Shown here: positions 5,724 to 5,905 of the stretch, in pieces
How the letters are laid out: each line of letters begins with the position of its first letter
Position numbering within the stretch: position 1 is the stretch's first letter
Assembly: GCA_051294375.1 (NCBI GenBank)
Contig: CM119264.1
Coordinates: forward strand, 1,942,443 to 1,948,347
Source of the DNA: Paraspadella gotoi
Lineage: Eukaryota > Animalia > Chaetognatha
Length of the DNA stretch: 5,905 nucleotides
Direction: 5' to 3'
Position numbers and translations under genes: made by a program
Notes under the pieces: generated by a model
What the model was told of the DNA's origin: nothing
What the model saw: the letters and a program-made list of their open reading frames with translations, nothing else
The model's database searches: none

Positions 5724-5905
5724 CTGAGAATGAGTGAATGAAAACGAAGAGCAGTCACATCCGACGTTAACCCTTGACCAGGAGAGAGATCACTGACCGG
5801 GAAGAGGACCGCTAGCCTCTCGGTCTCGGCTCTCGACGAGAGACACCGCCCCGCTAATTACTGATGTAAAAACACTTAAATCTAAATATTTCCTTGAAGT
5901 ACTTT

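Noticed and set aside
5818-5842. TCTCGG repeats and the CTCTCG-A-CGAGAG dyad
   Set aside because: Too short to distinguish from chance.

Overview
This is AT-rich eukaryotic genomic DNA with short GT-AG introns and three N runs (367-478, 602-626, 4178-4684). I see no prokaryotic genes, RNA genes or CRISPR array, and I recognise no gene family. Positions 1 to ~2500 form a large degenerate palindrome. It is a head-to-head inverted duplication of a small multi-exon gene: the left copy is on the - strand and runs off the window edge, and the right copy is on the + strand and heavily frameshifted. The spliced product ends in a regular heptad coiled coil, and the ORF track misses it completely. A 643-bp element sits in the right copy, flanked by a 9-bp direct repeat (ATGGTGAGT) that duplicates the splice donor, and is itself an almost end-to-end foldback palindrome. 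Next come a disrupted + strand ORF remnant (~2800-3200), a promoter-like module (paired CCAAT boxes in ~90-bp degenerate repeats, a perfect 10-bp hairpin, TATAAAAG) and a ~200-bp tandem duplication with TCACGTGAC E-boxes and CT microsatellites. The window ends with a partly hidden, probably decayed - strand gene containing an Asp/His-rich DHDFD repeat. All alignments were done by eye.
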